Shown: positions 1 through 9,693, counted from the stretch's first letter. The stretch is DNA of 29,877 bases from Oligoflexales bacterium (GCA_044236265.1 JBIIGV010000023.1:1-29877), one strand, 5' to 3'. Made by a program: numbers and translations. The notes: generated by a model not told the origin, from the letters alone.

Positions 1-2
1 CT

Positions 3-980
3 GGAAATAGCGGGGGACCGGTCTTTCAGGGGCGAAATGTCGTTGGCGTAGCGTTCCAAGCTCTACCGAGAGCCCAGAGTGCTGGTTTTATTATCCCAGT
101 TCCTGTTGTTGAGCGCTTCCTGAATGATTGTCGAGATGGACGCTACGATGGCGTTCCTCATTGGGGGGTTGAGACTCAAGATCTTGTTTTGAATAATTCG
201 ATGTCCGGTCGTTATTACCGTCTGCCGAAAGGCGACAAACGAGGAACTTTGGTCGCGAGAGTTCTCCCATGGTCCCCGGCACGCAGTGTTCTTCGGCGAG
301 GGGACATTTTACTTTCTATATCGGGCAAAGATATCGGTGTGGACGGTCGAGTTGCGTTCGAAGGCGAACGGGTTGACTACGAGGCGCTTTATGATCTTCG
401 GCTTAAGGGTGAAAGAGTTCGCCTCGAGGTTTTGCGAGATGGCGCGATCGCCAATCTTGAGGTCGATGTCGGCCAGGGATTGCCTCATCAGTATTCTGGA
501 AGAATCTTCTCAAAACGCCCTCGTTACACGGTCTTTGGCGGGATTGTGTTCACGGCACTAACGATGTCGGTAATGGAGGTATGGGGTGATTCCTGGGAAA
601 AGAAGGCGCCACTTCTCCTGCGGTATCTTGTACGTAACCCCTTTGATGTTGAGGAGGCTCTTGATCGCGAGGAACTCGTGATCGTGAGTGATGTTTTGTC
701 AAATCGGGCAAATTCATTCGTGGAGATTACCAGTCCGGTTGTTGACAAAATTAACGGTCAAAAAGTGAAATCTGTACAAATGGTGCACGATATCTTGAAA
801 AACTCGAAAGAGGAGACCCTCCGCATTGACTTTATGTTCGATAAGACGCCGTGGGTTTTCAGTTTTGCGGAATTGCGCTCTGTCCATGATGAGACGAATC
901 GCCGCTATGGGGTGACACCTGCATATTGGCTTGAATCATACTCGGTGGATGCCGCCATTACGCGGGAAGGTGTCCAATGA
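3..980 (+). CDS. Deg/HtrA-family trypsin-like serine protease with PDZ domains (Deg2-like), 5' end outside the window
   Basis: The frame is open from nt 3 and reads GNSGGPVFQGRNVVGVAFQ...GFIIPVPVVERFL, which contains the catalytic Ser motif GNSGGP. It is in frame with the listed 189..980 ORF, which carries a PDZ (VLPWSPA..LRRGDILLSI) and a Deg2-type second PDZ (YTVFGGIVFTAL...VVDKINGQKVKSV). Confidence 0.9.
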   Translation, partial: GNSGGPVFQGRNVVGVAFQALPRAQSAGFIIPVPVVERFLNDCRDGRYDGVPHWGVETQDLVLNNSMSGRYYRLPKGDKRGTLVARVLPWSPARSVLRRGDILLSISGKDIGVDGRVAFEGERVDYEALYDLRLKGERVRLEVLRDGAIANLEVDVGQGLPHQYSGRIFSKRPRYTVFGGIVFTALTMSVMEVWGDSWEKKAPLLLRYLVRNPFDVEEALDREELVIVSDVLSNRANSFVEITSPVVDKINGQKVKSVQMVHDILKNSKEETLRIDFMFDKTPWVFSFAELRSVHDETNRRYGVTPAYWLESYSVDAAITREGVQ

Positions 981-2479
981 TCAAAGTTCTTTTGCTGTTA
1001 TCCATCGCTGTGACTCTCATTAGCGCTAAACGGCCTTCAAAAAGAACGCTTGCCGACAACGCGGAGCAAGACGCTTCAGAGTATGAAAGAAGCGTCTTGC
1101 ATTTGACTGTAACTCGCGCGGTGCCTGACCCAGACGCGCCGTGGTCCACTCAGAATTTGGACGTGGCAGGACATTCTGGGATCGTTGTTGGTGAAAACAA
1201 AGTGTTAACGCAGGCATCAATTTTGTCCAACGCTGTATATATCCAGGTGCAGAAGGTCGATGATGTTGAAAAAGTGCCAATGCGGGTCGTATTTGCAGAT
1301 TACGAGGCAAATTTAGCCTTATTATCGCCAGTCGATGGGCGAACGCTCTCAGGTGTGAGGGTCATGCCGGTCGGGTTGGACATTGCAATTGGCAGTGACG
1401 TGGCATTACTTTCCATCGAAAATGAACGGCAGCTGCGGCGGGCAGATGGGCGAGCCATGGAAGTCCGATTAAGGGAGGCAGCCACTTCGGGTCTTGTTGT
1501 TCCCATGTACTCGATTGCAGGGCTTAATCGTCCAGCTTGCAAATCGGATCCGGTCATTAAAAAAGGGTCTTTAATAGGCATTTGTTTTGGAGTTTCTGAG
1601 GGGCAACCTTTGGCTGTTACAGCGGGTGTTCTCAACCATTTCCTGAAAGACCAACTCTCCGCAGAAACCTACCGCGGTTTTGGGAACCTAGGGTTGACGT
1701 TACATCCGGTAAGAAGCCCGTGGCAGCGCAAAATACTCGGCGTGCCCGCCGGTAAAGGCGCCCTTCGCGTTTCTGGCATGAGTGACACGAGTCCCTTTGG
1801 TGACTGCGTTAAAGTGGACGATGTGCTTTTGGCTGTTGATGATATTGCAGTCGACCATCGAGGTTTTTATTTGCACCCGCGCTGGGGCATGTCGCCCATC
1901 GGACACTACATTGCAGGTAAGTACGCCGGAGAAGCATTGAATCTGCGTCTGTCGAGACTCGGGAAAGTTACGAACTGTAACAGAATTCTCAGACGTTATT
2001 CCAATCAAGATCGTCTGGTTCCAGGTCCTAGTAACACGGCGTCATTGCCGCATCTGATTTTCGGAGGCTTGGTCTTCCAGGAACTGACGGTTGATTATCT
2101 TGCGACATTCGGCCGTGATTGGCAGTCAAAGGCACCGAACCGTCTTCTGTTCATATACAACTATTTGAATGATTCAACGCTGACGCGGAAGCGAATTTTG
2201 ATGTTAACCAATGTCCTGGCTGACGAGTTCAATACAGGCTACGAAAAGATGACTCATTTGATACTTGATTCTGTAAATGGTCGACCGGTGAATTCAATTG
2301 ATGAATTAAAAATAATCCTCAAATTGCCAGGCCAACAGCGATCCGGGGCGGAATATGCTCGGTTTCTCTTCAAAAACAGTTTCGAGGTGGTCATCCCGTA
2401 TGAAGGCCTTGAGTCCAGTCACAAACGAATTGCCAGAGCTTACTCTGTGTCTCAGAGTTCAAGCTTCTTTGCGCGTTAG
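977..2479 (+). CDS. Exported Deg-like protease paralogue with PDZ domains, catalytic triad apparently lost (pseudoprotease)
   Basis: Signal-peptide-like N-terminus. Same architecture as the upstream gene (LIFGGLVFQEL, LDSVNGRPVNSIDEL). Triad motifs are altered: VLTQAS, YEANLALL, ACKSDPV. ATGA overlap with the upstream stop. Confidence 0.8.
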   Translation: MIKVLLLLSIAVTLISAKRPSKRTLADNAEQDASEYERSVLHLTVTRAVPDPDAPWSTQNLDVAGHSGIVVGENKVLTQASILSNAVYIQVQKVDDVEKVPMRVVFADYEANLALLSPVDGRTLSGVRVMPVGLDIAIGSDVALLSIENERQLRRADGRAMEVRLREAATSGLVVPMYSIAGLNRPACKSDPVIKKGSLIGICFGVSEGQPLAVTAGVLNHFLKDQLSAETYRGFGNLGLTLHPVRSPWQRKILGVPAGKGALRVSGMSDTSPFGDCVKVDDVLLAVDDIAVDHRGFYLHPRWGMSPIGHYIAGKYAGEALNLRLSRLGKVTNCNRILRRYSNQDRLVPGPSNTASLPHLIFGGLVFQELTVDYLATFGRDWQSKAPNRLLFIYNYLNDSTLTRKRILMLTNVLADEFNTGYEKMTHLILDSVNGRPVNSIDELKIILKLPGQQRSGAEYARFLFKNSFEVVIPYEGLESSHKRIARAYSVSQSSSFFAR

Positions 2480-2490
2480 TGAGTTGAAGC

Positions 2491-2994
2491 ATGGATGAAT
2501 CGGATTCGCAGATTATAAAACGGTTACGCTCGACGGGGCTGGACTTTGCAGTTCATCGATTTCCCTACGAAGTTGGGGGAGGGACGGCCCGATCAAGTCG
2601 CTTGCTTGGAGTTCCGGAATACGCTGTGGTCAAGACGCTTGTATTTGAAGATGATCAGCGTAAGCCGCTGGTCGTTCTGATGCATGGTGACAAAAATGTC
2701 GACACGCGAAAGCTAGCACAGCATCTCGGCGTGACTAAAATTTGGTCATGCGCCCCTGAGGTCGCTGAAAGCTTAAGCGGCTGGCCCGTTGGATCGACCA
2801 ATCCATTTGCGTTAAAAACGTTGATGCCGATCTTCATGGAGAAGTCGGTGCAAAAGCTACCGACCATGTATATAAATGGAGGTGGTCGCGGGTTGTTGGT
2901 TTCCATGGCACCCCTCGATTTTATGAAGGTCGTAGAGGTCAGGCTTGTTGATTGTGCGAAAGAAAAGCCTGTGGTAAGTTCTAAATCACCATAA
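2491..2994 (+). CDS. ybaK: YbaK/EbsC family aminoacyl-tRNA deacylase (Cys-tRNA(Pro) deacylase-like)
   Basis: VVKTLV catalytic Lys motif, GWPVGSTNPF (GxxxGxxxP), YINGGGRG; 167 aa is typical for the family. Confidence 0.85.
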   Translation: MDESDSQIIKRLRSTGLDFAVHRFPYEVGGGTARSSRLLGVPEYAVVKTLVFEDDQRKPLVVLMHGDKNVDTRKLAQHLGVTKIWSCAPEVAESLSGWPVGSTNPFALKTLMPIFMEKSVQKLPTMYINGGGRGLLVSMAPLDFMKVVEVRLVDCAKEKPVVSSKSP

Positions 2995-3017
2995 TCATTA
3001 CTAGAGGTGTCGTTGGT

Positions 3018-5777
3018 ATGAAGTCACTGCGCTGGCGTTTGATGTTGATTGCTGGGTTAACCCTCTTCTCATTTTACATCTTGATTCCCACTGGCATTTA
3101 CATGTCGCAACCAGCTGAGCTGCGCAATGACCAGGATCACATGAAAAAAGTGCTTCCCGCTTGGCTCCCCAAGGGACACTTAAATCTTGGTTTGGATCTC
3201 CAGGGTGGTGTTCAGCTTGTGCTTGGTGTGAACTTAACGCAAGCCGTTGAGAATCGTTTGGGGCGAATTGGTACAGATATCGGCCACTGGGCAGAGCAGT
3301 CTGACAAACCAGCAGGTGTGAAGACAGCTTACGTGGTGAAGGGCGAGACCAAGCTACGGGTTGAGACCACGCCGGAAGCCGACAAGGATCTCATCACCAA
3401 AGCGATCGATAAAGAGTACCCATCTCTGCAAAAATCTGGCGGAGAAGGAACATTCATCGACTTTACATTCCGAGGCGACCAGATTCAGACCATTAAGGAC
3501 GGTGCTCTAGAACAAGCAGAGCGCGTTGTGCGCAGTCGTGTCGACAAGTGGGGCGTTACCGAGCCTGTTATCAATCGACGATCTGATGGATCGATCATAG
3601 CTCAGCTTCCAGGATTTAAAGACCCAGAGAAGGCGAAGGAACTGTTGGGACGGACAGCTCAGCTCAAATTCAAAATTGTGGATGACGAGTTCCGCGGTTT
3701 GGAAGCTCTTGCTGGGAAACTGCCACCGGAAGTTCAGCTAGACCGTACAAACGGTATGGCACTTGTCAGCGCAAGTCGTGAGAAAATTTTTGAAGTTACC
3801 AAAGGCATCTTGCCTGCAGATCGCGAGTTGTTACTGGGTCGTGAGCTTCTTGCGGGTGGAAAACAGCAGTTTCGCTCCTACGTGGTCAAAGCAGCCACGG
3901 AGATCACTGGCGATGACGTGATGGATGCGATGGCTACTGTAAATCAGGACGGCATGGATCAGCAGCCGGCAGTATCTCTGCGTTTTACCACGATTGGTGG
4001 CAAACGTTTTGAAGAGGTCACTGGTGCCAATGTCAGAAAACGCATGGCTATCGTACTTGACGACATTGTTGAAAGTGCGCCGGTTATCAATGGGAAAATT
4101 CCAGGCGGTAGCGCCATGATTACCCTTGGCGCTGGCTTGGATTACCAAGCGATGATTGAAGAGGCCAATCAGCTATCGATGGTTCTCAAGTCAGGTGCGC
4201 TTCCAGCATCGATCACAATTCTTGAGCAACGTCAGGTTGGCGCGACTCTTGGACCTGAACTCGGCAAGTTAGGTGTCAAGGGCGTCGTGGTTGGTCTTCT
4301 GTTGGTCTTTACGTTCATGATCATTTACTACAAGCGCCCGGGCATGATTGCTTGCTTTGCGCTGATTCTGAACGCTATTTTTCTTCTTGCGTCCATGTCC
4401 ATGTTTGGTTTTGCGCTAACTCTTCCAGGAATCGCCGGCTTCGTTCTGTCCTTGGGAATGGCTGTTGACGCAAACGTATTGATCAATGAGCGCATTAGAG
4501 ATGAGCTTCGTGCGGGTAGATCCCCGCGGTCTGCTTTGGACAATGGATTCAAGCGAGTGTTCTGGACCGTTATGGATTCTCACGTCACAGCGATTCTAGC
4601 CTCTTTGGTATTGCTGAGCACGAATACCTCTGGACCAATCCGAGGCTTTGCAGTGACGCTGGCTATCGGCCTCGTTCTGTCGTTATGGACGGCTCTTTAT
4701 TGCTCACACGTATTTTTTGATTGGGCCCTGTCCCGTCAAACAGACACAGCAGGAATCCTGGCTTGGCTGGGTGGTGAGAAGGCGAAGAAGGTCCACCATT
4801 TCAACTTCAACTTCCTTCGATATGACGTTCCCGCAACAGTCGTCGCGCTGCTCTTGTCGCTCGCTGTTGGTGTTGTCGGCTTTACCAAGGGACTGAATTG
4901 GTCGATTGATTTTGTCGGGGGTACCGAGGTTGAGGTCTCATTTGCTGAAAGTGTGACTCCGGATCAACTGCGCGAGGCAGCAACCAAGGCTGATATTCAC
5001 GACCTTACAATTCAAGGACTCAAGGGTGGCGACAAGGACTACCTACTAAGATTTGAGGAGTCAAAAGCTCATTCGGGTGATTTGACGGCCGCAGAAAAAG
5101 ACGCCGCACACGTTTCGGGTGGTGCCAAGGTCAATAAGTTGCAAGATATAATCAGACAGGATTTGGCGGCTAAAAAACCCTCTGTGACTCGTGTTGATTA
5201 TGTTGGTCCGCAAATTGGTAAGGAGCTACGAAATCAAGGTTTTATTTCCATGGTTTACGCAGTCCTGTTTATCATGATCTATCTGGCTTTCCGCTTTGAC
5301 TTCCGATTCGGATCCGGTGCGGTTTTGAAGTTGATTCCTGACAGTTTTGCGATGCTTGGTTTTTATTTGTTTTTCTGGCGATCATTCGATTTGACCGCGA
5401 TTGCAGCATTGTTGACTGGTATCGGATACTCTGTAAACGATGTTATTGTGGTGTTTGACCGTATTCGTGAGCGAATGCATAACGAGCCAGGCAAACCGTT
5501 TGCTGAGCAGATCAATATTTCTCTTAATGAAACGCTGACGCGAACCATCAACACGTCCGTCGTCACGAACCTGTCATTGATTGGTATCATCATTTTCGGA
5601 CCTGAAAGCATTCGAAACTTTGCGTTGGCGATGTCAGTTGGAATTATCTCGGCGACGCTGACGACAAACTTTGTGGGTAGTTCCTACTTGCTGTGGATCG
5701 ATCGTGTGATGAGTGCTCGCAAGAAGGGTGCAGTTTCCCATCAACCGATGCAGCATGGTCGGCGGTCACCCGTTTAA
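3018..5777 (+). CDS. secDF: Protein translocase subunit SecDF (fused SecD+SecF)
   Basis: LNLGLDLQGG, RVDKWGVTEP, LKSGALP, VGATLG and GMAVDANVLINERIRDE in the SecD part; IDFVGG, VGPQIG, IGYSVNDVIVVFDRIRE and LTRTINTS in the SecF part. GAGG SD upstream. Confidence 0.97.
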   Translation: MKSLRWRLMLIAGLTLFSFYILIPTGIYMSQPAELRNDQDHMKKVLPAWLPKGHLNLGLDLQGGVQLVLGVNLTQAVENRLGRIGTDIGHWAEQSDKPAGVKTAYVVKGETKLRVETTPEADKDLITKAIDKEYPSLQKSGGEGTFIDFTFRGDQIQTIKDGALEQAERVVRSRVDKWGVTEPVINRRSDGSIIAQLPGFKDPEKAKELLGRTAQLKFKIVDDEFRGLEALAGKLPPEVQLDRTNGMALVSASREKIFEVTKGILPADRELLLGRELLAGGKQQFRSYVVKAATEITGDDVMDAMATVNQDGMDQQPAVSLRFTTIGGKRFEEVTGANVRKRMAIVLDDIVESAPVINGKIPGGSAMITLGAGLDYQAMIEEANQLSMVLKSGALPASITILEQRQVGATLGPELGKLGVKGVVVGLLLVFTFMIIYYKRPGMIACFALILNAIFLLASMSMFGFALTLPGIAGFVLSLGMAVDANVLINERIRDELRAGRSPRSALDNGFKRVFWTVMDSHVTAILASLVLLSTNTSGPIRGFAVTLAIGLVLSLWTALYCSHVFFDWALSRQTDTAGILAWLGGEKAKKVHHFNFNFLRYDVPATVVALLLSLAVGVVGFTKGLNWSIDFVGGTEVEVSFAESVTPDQLREAATKADIHDLTIQGLKGGDKDYLLRFEESKAHSGDLTAAEKDAAHVSGGAKVNKLQDIIRQDLAAKKPSVTRVDYVGPQIGKELRNQGFISMVYAVLFIMIYLAFRFDFRFGSGAVLKLIPDSFAMLGFYLFFWRSFDLTAIAALLTGIGYSVNDVIVVFDRIRERMHNEPGKPFAEQINISLNETLTRTINTSVVTNLSLIGIIIFGPESIRNFALAMSVGIISATLTTNFVGSSYLLWIDRVMSARKKGAVSHQPMQHGRRSPV

Positions 5778-5848
5778 ATAAAGGCTAGACCCTAGCGGCA
5801 TTTTATCCAGTTAATCTTATCTTGGCGCGCCAGTCTCGACTGTGCGCG

Positions 5849-8314
5849 TCATGATGCTTTTGGTCCGGCGTCTGAAGGTTGAACGGTCTTGGATTTGATT
5901 TCTTGCCATCGACTGCTGATGGCGGTGCTAGCGCGTGAGTTGGCTTGTCCAAACTGAGACTGACGATCTTCAAAATAGCGAGCGGTGGTCGGTTTGAATC
6001 GAATGTCTGTATTGAGTTTTTGACTGATAAAAATGGCTCCATCGAGGCCCAATGCCAGGCAATCGTCTGTGGTGCCAAGTTTTATAACAATATCTAGAAT
6101 ATTTAAAAGTAGATCCAGGTCTGAAGGCTTTGCATCGTCCCGGCGTCCCAGTGCTATGACTGTATCAAGCATTTTTGCATGTACAAATGGTGTCTGCATG
6201 ACTTTGGGGCTATTTAGGGCATCTTTAACAATTTCTCTGACGAGTTTTGCGTCCTCAGAGTGCATGTTTTGGTAATTCATGTTGCTCATGAGAACCCACG
6301 CCTCCTCAAAGCGTTGGCTGCTGTGATTCAAAGCGTGAGTCTTCAGTTTTGGAATATTCCTGAGTTCGATCTTATAGACGTGAGCTTGATTCAGTATCTG
6401 GCTAGGGTAACCGATCTGGCTGATGGCATTTTTAATCAGATCAAGGAAGGACTCATCTTTAGCGCGGTCTGGTACGGTTGCGCTGGCTAAGCGCTCAGTC
6501 TCAGAAATGTAGATTTTCTGTAATAGTCGCAAAGCATGGTCTTTTTCCTTAAATCCATACCAGTTGTAACTGATGATTGACTCAACAACGCGACGTCTAT
6601 CGTGAAGGTTTTCGGTGGACTGTGCCTGCATCGACAGGAGATTTAGAAGTCGCTGTGCTTCGGGTCTTGGGTCGTAATCGATAATTCTGCTTCTGACAGC
6701 ATCTAGATCATAATAGCGCTGTAGACGCGGGACTAGCTGCTCGAATTTTATGGCAAATATCAGATGCTCCCCGTTGAATTCATCCTTCAAGACGTGAGGG
6801 GTTGTGATAGACGCGATATGGGGCGCCTCTTGGAGGATTCGGTCATGAGCCTCGCGACCAAGCCACAAAAAGTTACCAAGACTGTGCGTTTTTTTCATTT
6901 CGTTTAGAAGTGACCACTGAGTATCAAGCGGAATTAAATCCATTTGGATGCCATATCTCGTTGCGCTTGGCGTATTGATCAGGCTCTGATCAACCCACGT
7001 AAAATCAAAGTGAAAAAACCAATGGTTCTTGCGTAAAAGTGGGATGATTTGATTCGTGCTGACGATTTTTGCAAGACCTGGATTAACAATTGGCAGTAAA
7101 GAGACAAGGCCGGAAATTCGGCGTTCAATGATTGGTCCGGCGTCCAAATATAGCGCAGCAAATAGATTTAAAGCGTCGACACAGGGTCGAGCACTCTGCT
7201 CGGGATCAAACGTACCTATGATTTTTTGTCCCACGTTGTTTAGGTACAGTGTTTGACGTTGTGTTATCTGGTTCACCATATTCGTAATTTCATCGTTGCG
7301 AATTCGTAGCAGCGTGGCGGGAATGCTTTGAGTAACCTGCGATTCGGGGTCGTGATCGATTGTAAAGGATGTGGTTTTGAGACCAACGGTAGCGGCCCAA
7401 ACATCATGAGGCGTCGTTTTACGACGAAGCATTCGTTTAGCACTGACTGCGGCCAGCTTTGCTAAGGTAGAGTAATGCTCTTTATCGATGCCGTACTTGG
7501 ATATTTTTGCCCAAATAAAGACTAAGCTCGCACACACATAAAGATGGATGGCATTGAGCATCATTGGCCAAATTGCCGACGCTTCAGGCTTTAAGCCAAG
7601 GATGAAGGACAATAGGGTTAATGTTTGTAAGCCGACAGCAGCTGACGTGATAACCCACATGGATAGCTCGTTATCCTCGTTTTGCAAGCGATTGGCTAAT
7701 GAGGCAATGGGTGTTTGACCTTTAAAACTAAATTTTGGGTGCCACGCAAACCACATCCAGACGCCTAGGAGAATGGTGAGAAGTGTGAGTGATTGCCAGA
7801 CGACGATAGATGCTAGCAGTGTTTCAATGGGCCAAAAGTTCTGAATTGGCCATGCGAGTAGTCCCATTGATCCAGTAGAAATGGCGGCGGCCCAGGGTAG
7901 GCGAGTCATCACAGGATGCTTTACGTTGAGTCCAGGACGGGCGATTTGAATTAATAGCCATGACGTCCATGATTGCAGAGTGATCGAGCTGAAATAGAAT
8001 GCTGCAGCTGGTATCATACTGCGCATGTATAGAGCTGTAGCCACTGCTTGAATGATGGCTGTATAGCTGATCAAGGTGTGATAATCCCTGAATGGATTAC
8101 TTTGCTTGAGGAATATGCCGCGATAAAGTCCTGAATAGAAGGCGCTCGTTACAAGGGTTCCAAGTGAAAATGAGACAACGAGAATCGCAAGTGGGCTTGT
8201 GTCACCGGGGACTTGTGGTAATACCCGCAGAATCGTGAATGTACCCATCGTCGATAATGCTAATGCCAGCACTAGGGTGACAACTGCTGCTTTTGGCTTG
8301 TCTCGCCAAATCAT
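5849..8314 (-). CDS. Multi-pass membrane protein (about 8 TM) with a probable degenerate class III adenylate/guanylate cyclase-like domain and a helical C-terminal region
   Basis: 821-aa ORF; first ~270 aa are hydrophobic helices. The segments TSFTIDHD, NNVGQKIIGTF, GNFLWLGREAHDRI and HVLKDEF..LIFAI follow the class III cyclase motif order. Start overlaps the kinase stop (ATGA). The CDS itself is secure; the domain call is inference. Confidence 0.6.
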   Translation of the reverse strand: MIWRDKPKAAVVTLVLALALSTMGTFTILRVLPQVPGDTSPLAILVVSFSLGTLVTSAFYSGLYRGIFLKQSNPFRDYHTLISYTAIIQAVATALYMRSMIPAAAFYFSSITLQSWTSWLLIQIARPGLNVKHPVMTRLPWAAAISTGSMGLLAWPIQNFWPIETLLASIVVWQSLTLLTILLGVWMWFAWHPKFSFKGQTPIASLANRLQNEDNELSMWVITSAAVGLQTLTLLSFILGLKPEASAIWPMMLNAIHLYVCASLVFIWAKISKYGIDKEHYSTLAKLAAVSAKRMLRRKTTPHDVWAATVGLKTTSFTIDHDPESQVTQSIPATLLRIRNDEITNMVNQITQRQTLYLNNVGQKIIGTFDPEQSARPCVDALNLFAALYLDAGPIIERRISGLVSLLPIVNPGLAKIVSTNQIIPLLRKNHWFFHFDFTWVDQSLINTPSATRYGIQMDLIPLDTQWSLLNEMKKTHSLGNFLWLGREAHDRILQEAPHIASITTPHVLKDEFNGEHLIFAIKFEQLVPRLQRYYDLDAVRSRIIDYDPRPEAQRLLNLLSMQAQSTENLHDRRRVVESIISYNWYGFKEKDHALRLLQKIYISETERLASATVPDRAKDESFLDLIKNAISQIGYPSQILNQAHVYKIELRNIPKLKTHALNHSSQRFEEAWVLMSNMNYQNMHSEDAKLVREIVKDALNSPKVMQTPFVHAKMLDTVIALGRRDDAKPSDLDLLLNILDIVIKLGTTDDCLALGLDGAIFISQKLNTDIRFKPTTARYFEDRQSQFGQANSRASTAISSRWQEIKSKTVQPSDAGPKAS

Positions 8315-9462
8315 TTGTTTGCTCCCCCGTGTTTTCGGAGGGTGCCACTAAATTTGATAGTGAAGATGGTGCCCCGATTTTTATTTTTGCTGACTTCAAC
8401 GGTGCCGCCAAGGTCTTGAAGAATTCCATGGACGATTGACAGACCAAGTCCAGTGCCTTGTCCAGGCTCTTTGGTTGTGAAAAAAGGCTCAAAGATCTTG
8501 CCTAGGTGCTCTTGTTTGATGCCTGTGCCATTGTCGATAATCTTGGTCGTAAGGTAGTTGGTTTTACCAACTAATTCGTTACTGGTTTCCACTGTCAATG
8601 TGCCGCCCTTTGGCATTGCCTGAAAGGCATTGCTGCACAGATTTAGAAAAATTTGTGTGAGTCTATTGGGATCAGAGTTCAAGATATGATTTTCTGCATT
8701 TAGTTTAAATTTGATGTCACAGCGACGATCTTTGTTGTGTCCAAGGTTTGCAAATTTAACAGCATTTGTGATGACGTCGTGGACATTGCAATCTTCCAAT
8801 TTGGGATTGAGAGGGCGTTGGCGCGAGAAATCGAGCAGATTTTCTACGATCGTCTTACAACGTTTGGCGGCAGCTTCGATTTCCACGACATCTTGGTAAT
8901 GGGTACTTTTAGAATCCATCTCCTTGAGCAGCATTTGCGCAAAGACCAGAATGCCTCCAAGAGGATTATTTATTTCGTGTGCAAAACCTCCAGCCAGCTG
9001 TCCTACTGATGCCAGTTTTTCGTTCTGTGCTAACCGGTTTTGCAAGTTTTTCGCATCTGTTCTATCACGGTAGATTTGTACGGTTCCTTTCTGCCCTGAC
9101 TCTGAGTGCAGTCTGCGGGTGGCTACTTCATACCATCGATCGTTTTTACCGTTAAAGATTTCGTAACCTGGCGTACTTTTACCTGGTTTTGACTTGATCA
9201 TTTGGCAGTTTTCACAAGGGCTCGTGCGGCCTGCAAAAACACGGTAACAAAATTGGCCAACTAAGTCCTTCACGCTGGATTCGGCAATCTCTGCCATGGC
9301 CACGTTTGCTTTGGTAATTTTGTATTGGTCATCAACCATGATGAATGGGTCAGGGATGGCGTCAATTGTTTCGATCCATTGACGTTTGAGTTGCTCAACA
9401 AATTCAATAGTTGTCCGTTCGACGGGCAACGATGAGACTTTTTTCCGTGCAGCTGAGGCCAT
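8311..9462 (-). CDS. Cytoplasmic PAS-domain sensor histidine kinase (NtrB-like HisKA + HATPase)
   Basis: [21 protein letters not shown] (H box), [14 protein letters not shown] (N box), DNGTGI (G1), IFEPFFTTK (F), GTGLGLS (G2). N-terminal PAS ([12 protein letters not shown]...ANVA); no TM segment. Confidence 0.95.
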   Translation of the reverse strand: MASAARKKVSSLPVERTTIEFVEQLKRQWIETIDAIPDPFIMVDDQYKITKANVAMAEIAESSVKDLVGQFCYRVFAGRTSPCENCQMIKSKPGKSTPGYEIFNGKNDRWYEVATRRLHSESGQKGTVQIYRDRTDAKNLQNRLAQNEKLASVGQLAGGFAHEINNPLGGILVFAQMLLKEMDSKSTHYQDVVEIEAAAKRCKTIVENLLDFSRQRPLNPKLEDCNVHDVITNAVKFANLGHNKDRRCDIKFKLNAENHILNSDPNRLTQIFLNLCSNAFQAMPKGGTLTVETSNELVGKTNYLTTKIIDNGTGIKQEHLGKIFEPFFTTKEPGQGTGLGLSIVHGILQDLGGTVEVSKNKNRGTIFTIKFSGTLRKHGGANK

Positions 9463-9626
9463 GTGTAATTCCCGGAAATAAATAAACTTTGGAAGGTGTA
9501 TCGGTATTTTAGGGGGCTGACCTGAGTTGACGGGCTGTAGCTTATTGCTTGATGGGCTTGGTTAATTAGCAAGAACCGCCAAAATACCTCTATGGTTCCC
9601 TAGCTCTAGACGGGCGAGGGCGATAT

Positions 9627-9666
9627 AAAAAGATTGGCTGTAAATCCGGGAGATTTACAGCCAATC
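9627..9666 (-). terminator. Rho-independent terminator of lon
   Basis: Perfect 15-bp stem GATTGGCTGTAAATC (9632-9646) / GATTTACAGCCAATC (9652-9666), followed on the minus strand by TTTTTAT, about 30 nt after the lon stop. Confidence 0.85.
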
Positions 9667-9693
9667 GCTGAGAATGAGGTGAATCAAAGCGCC

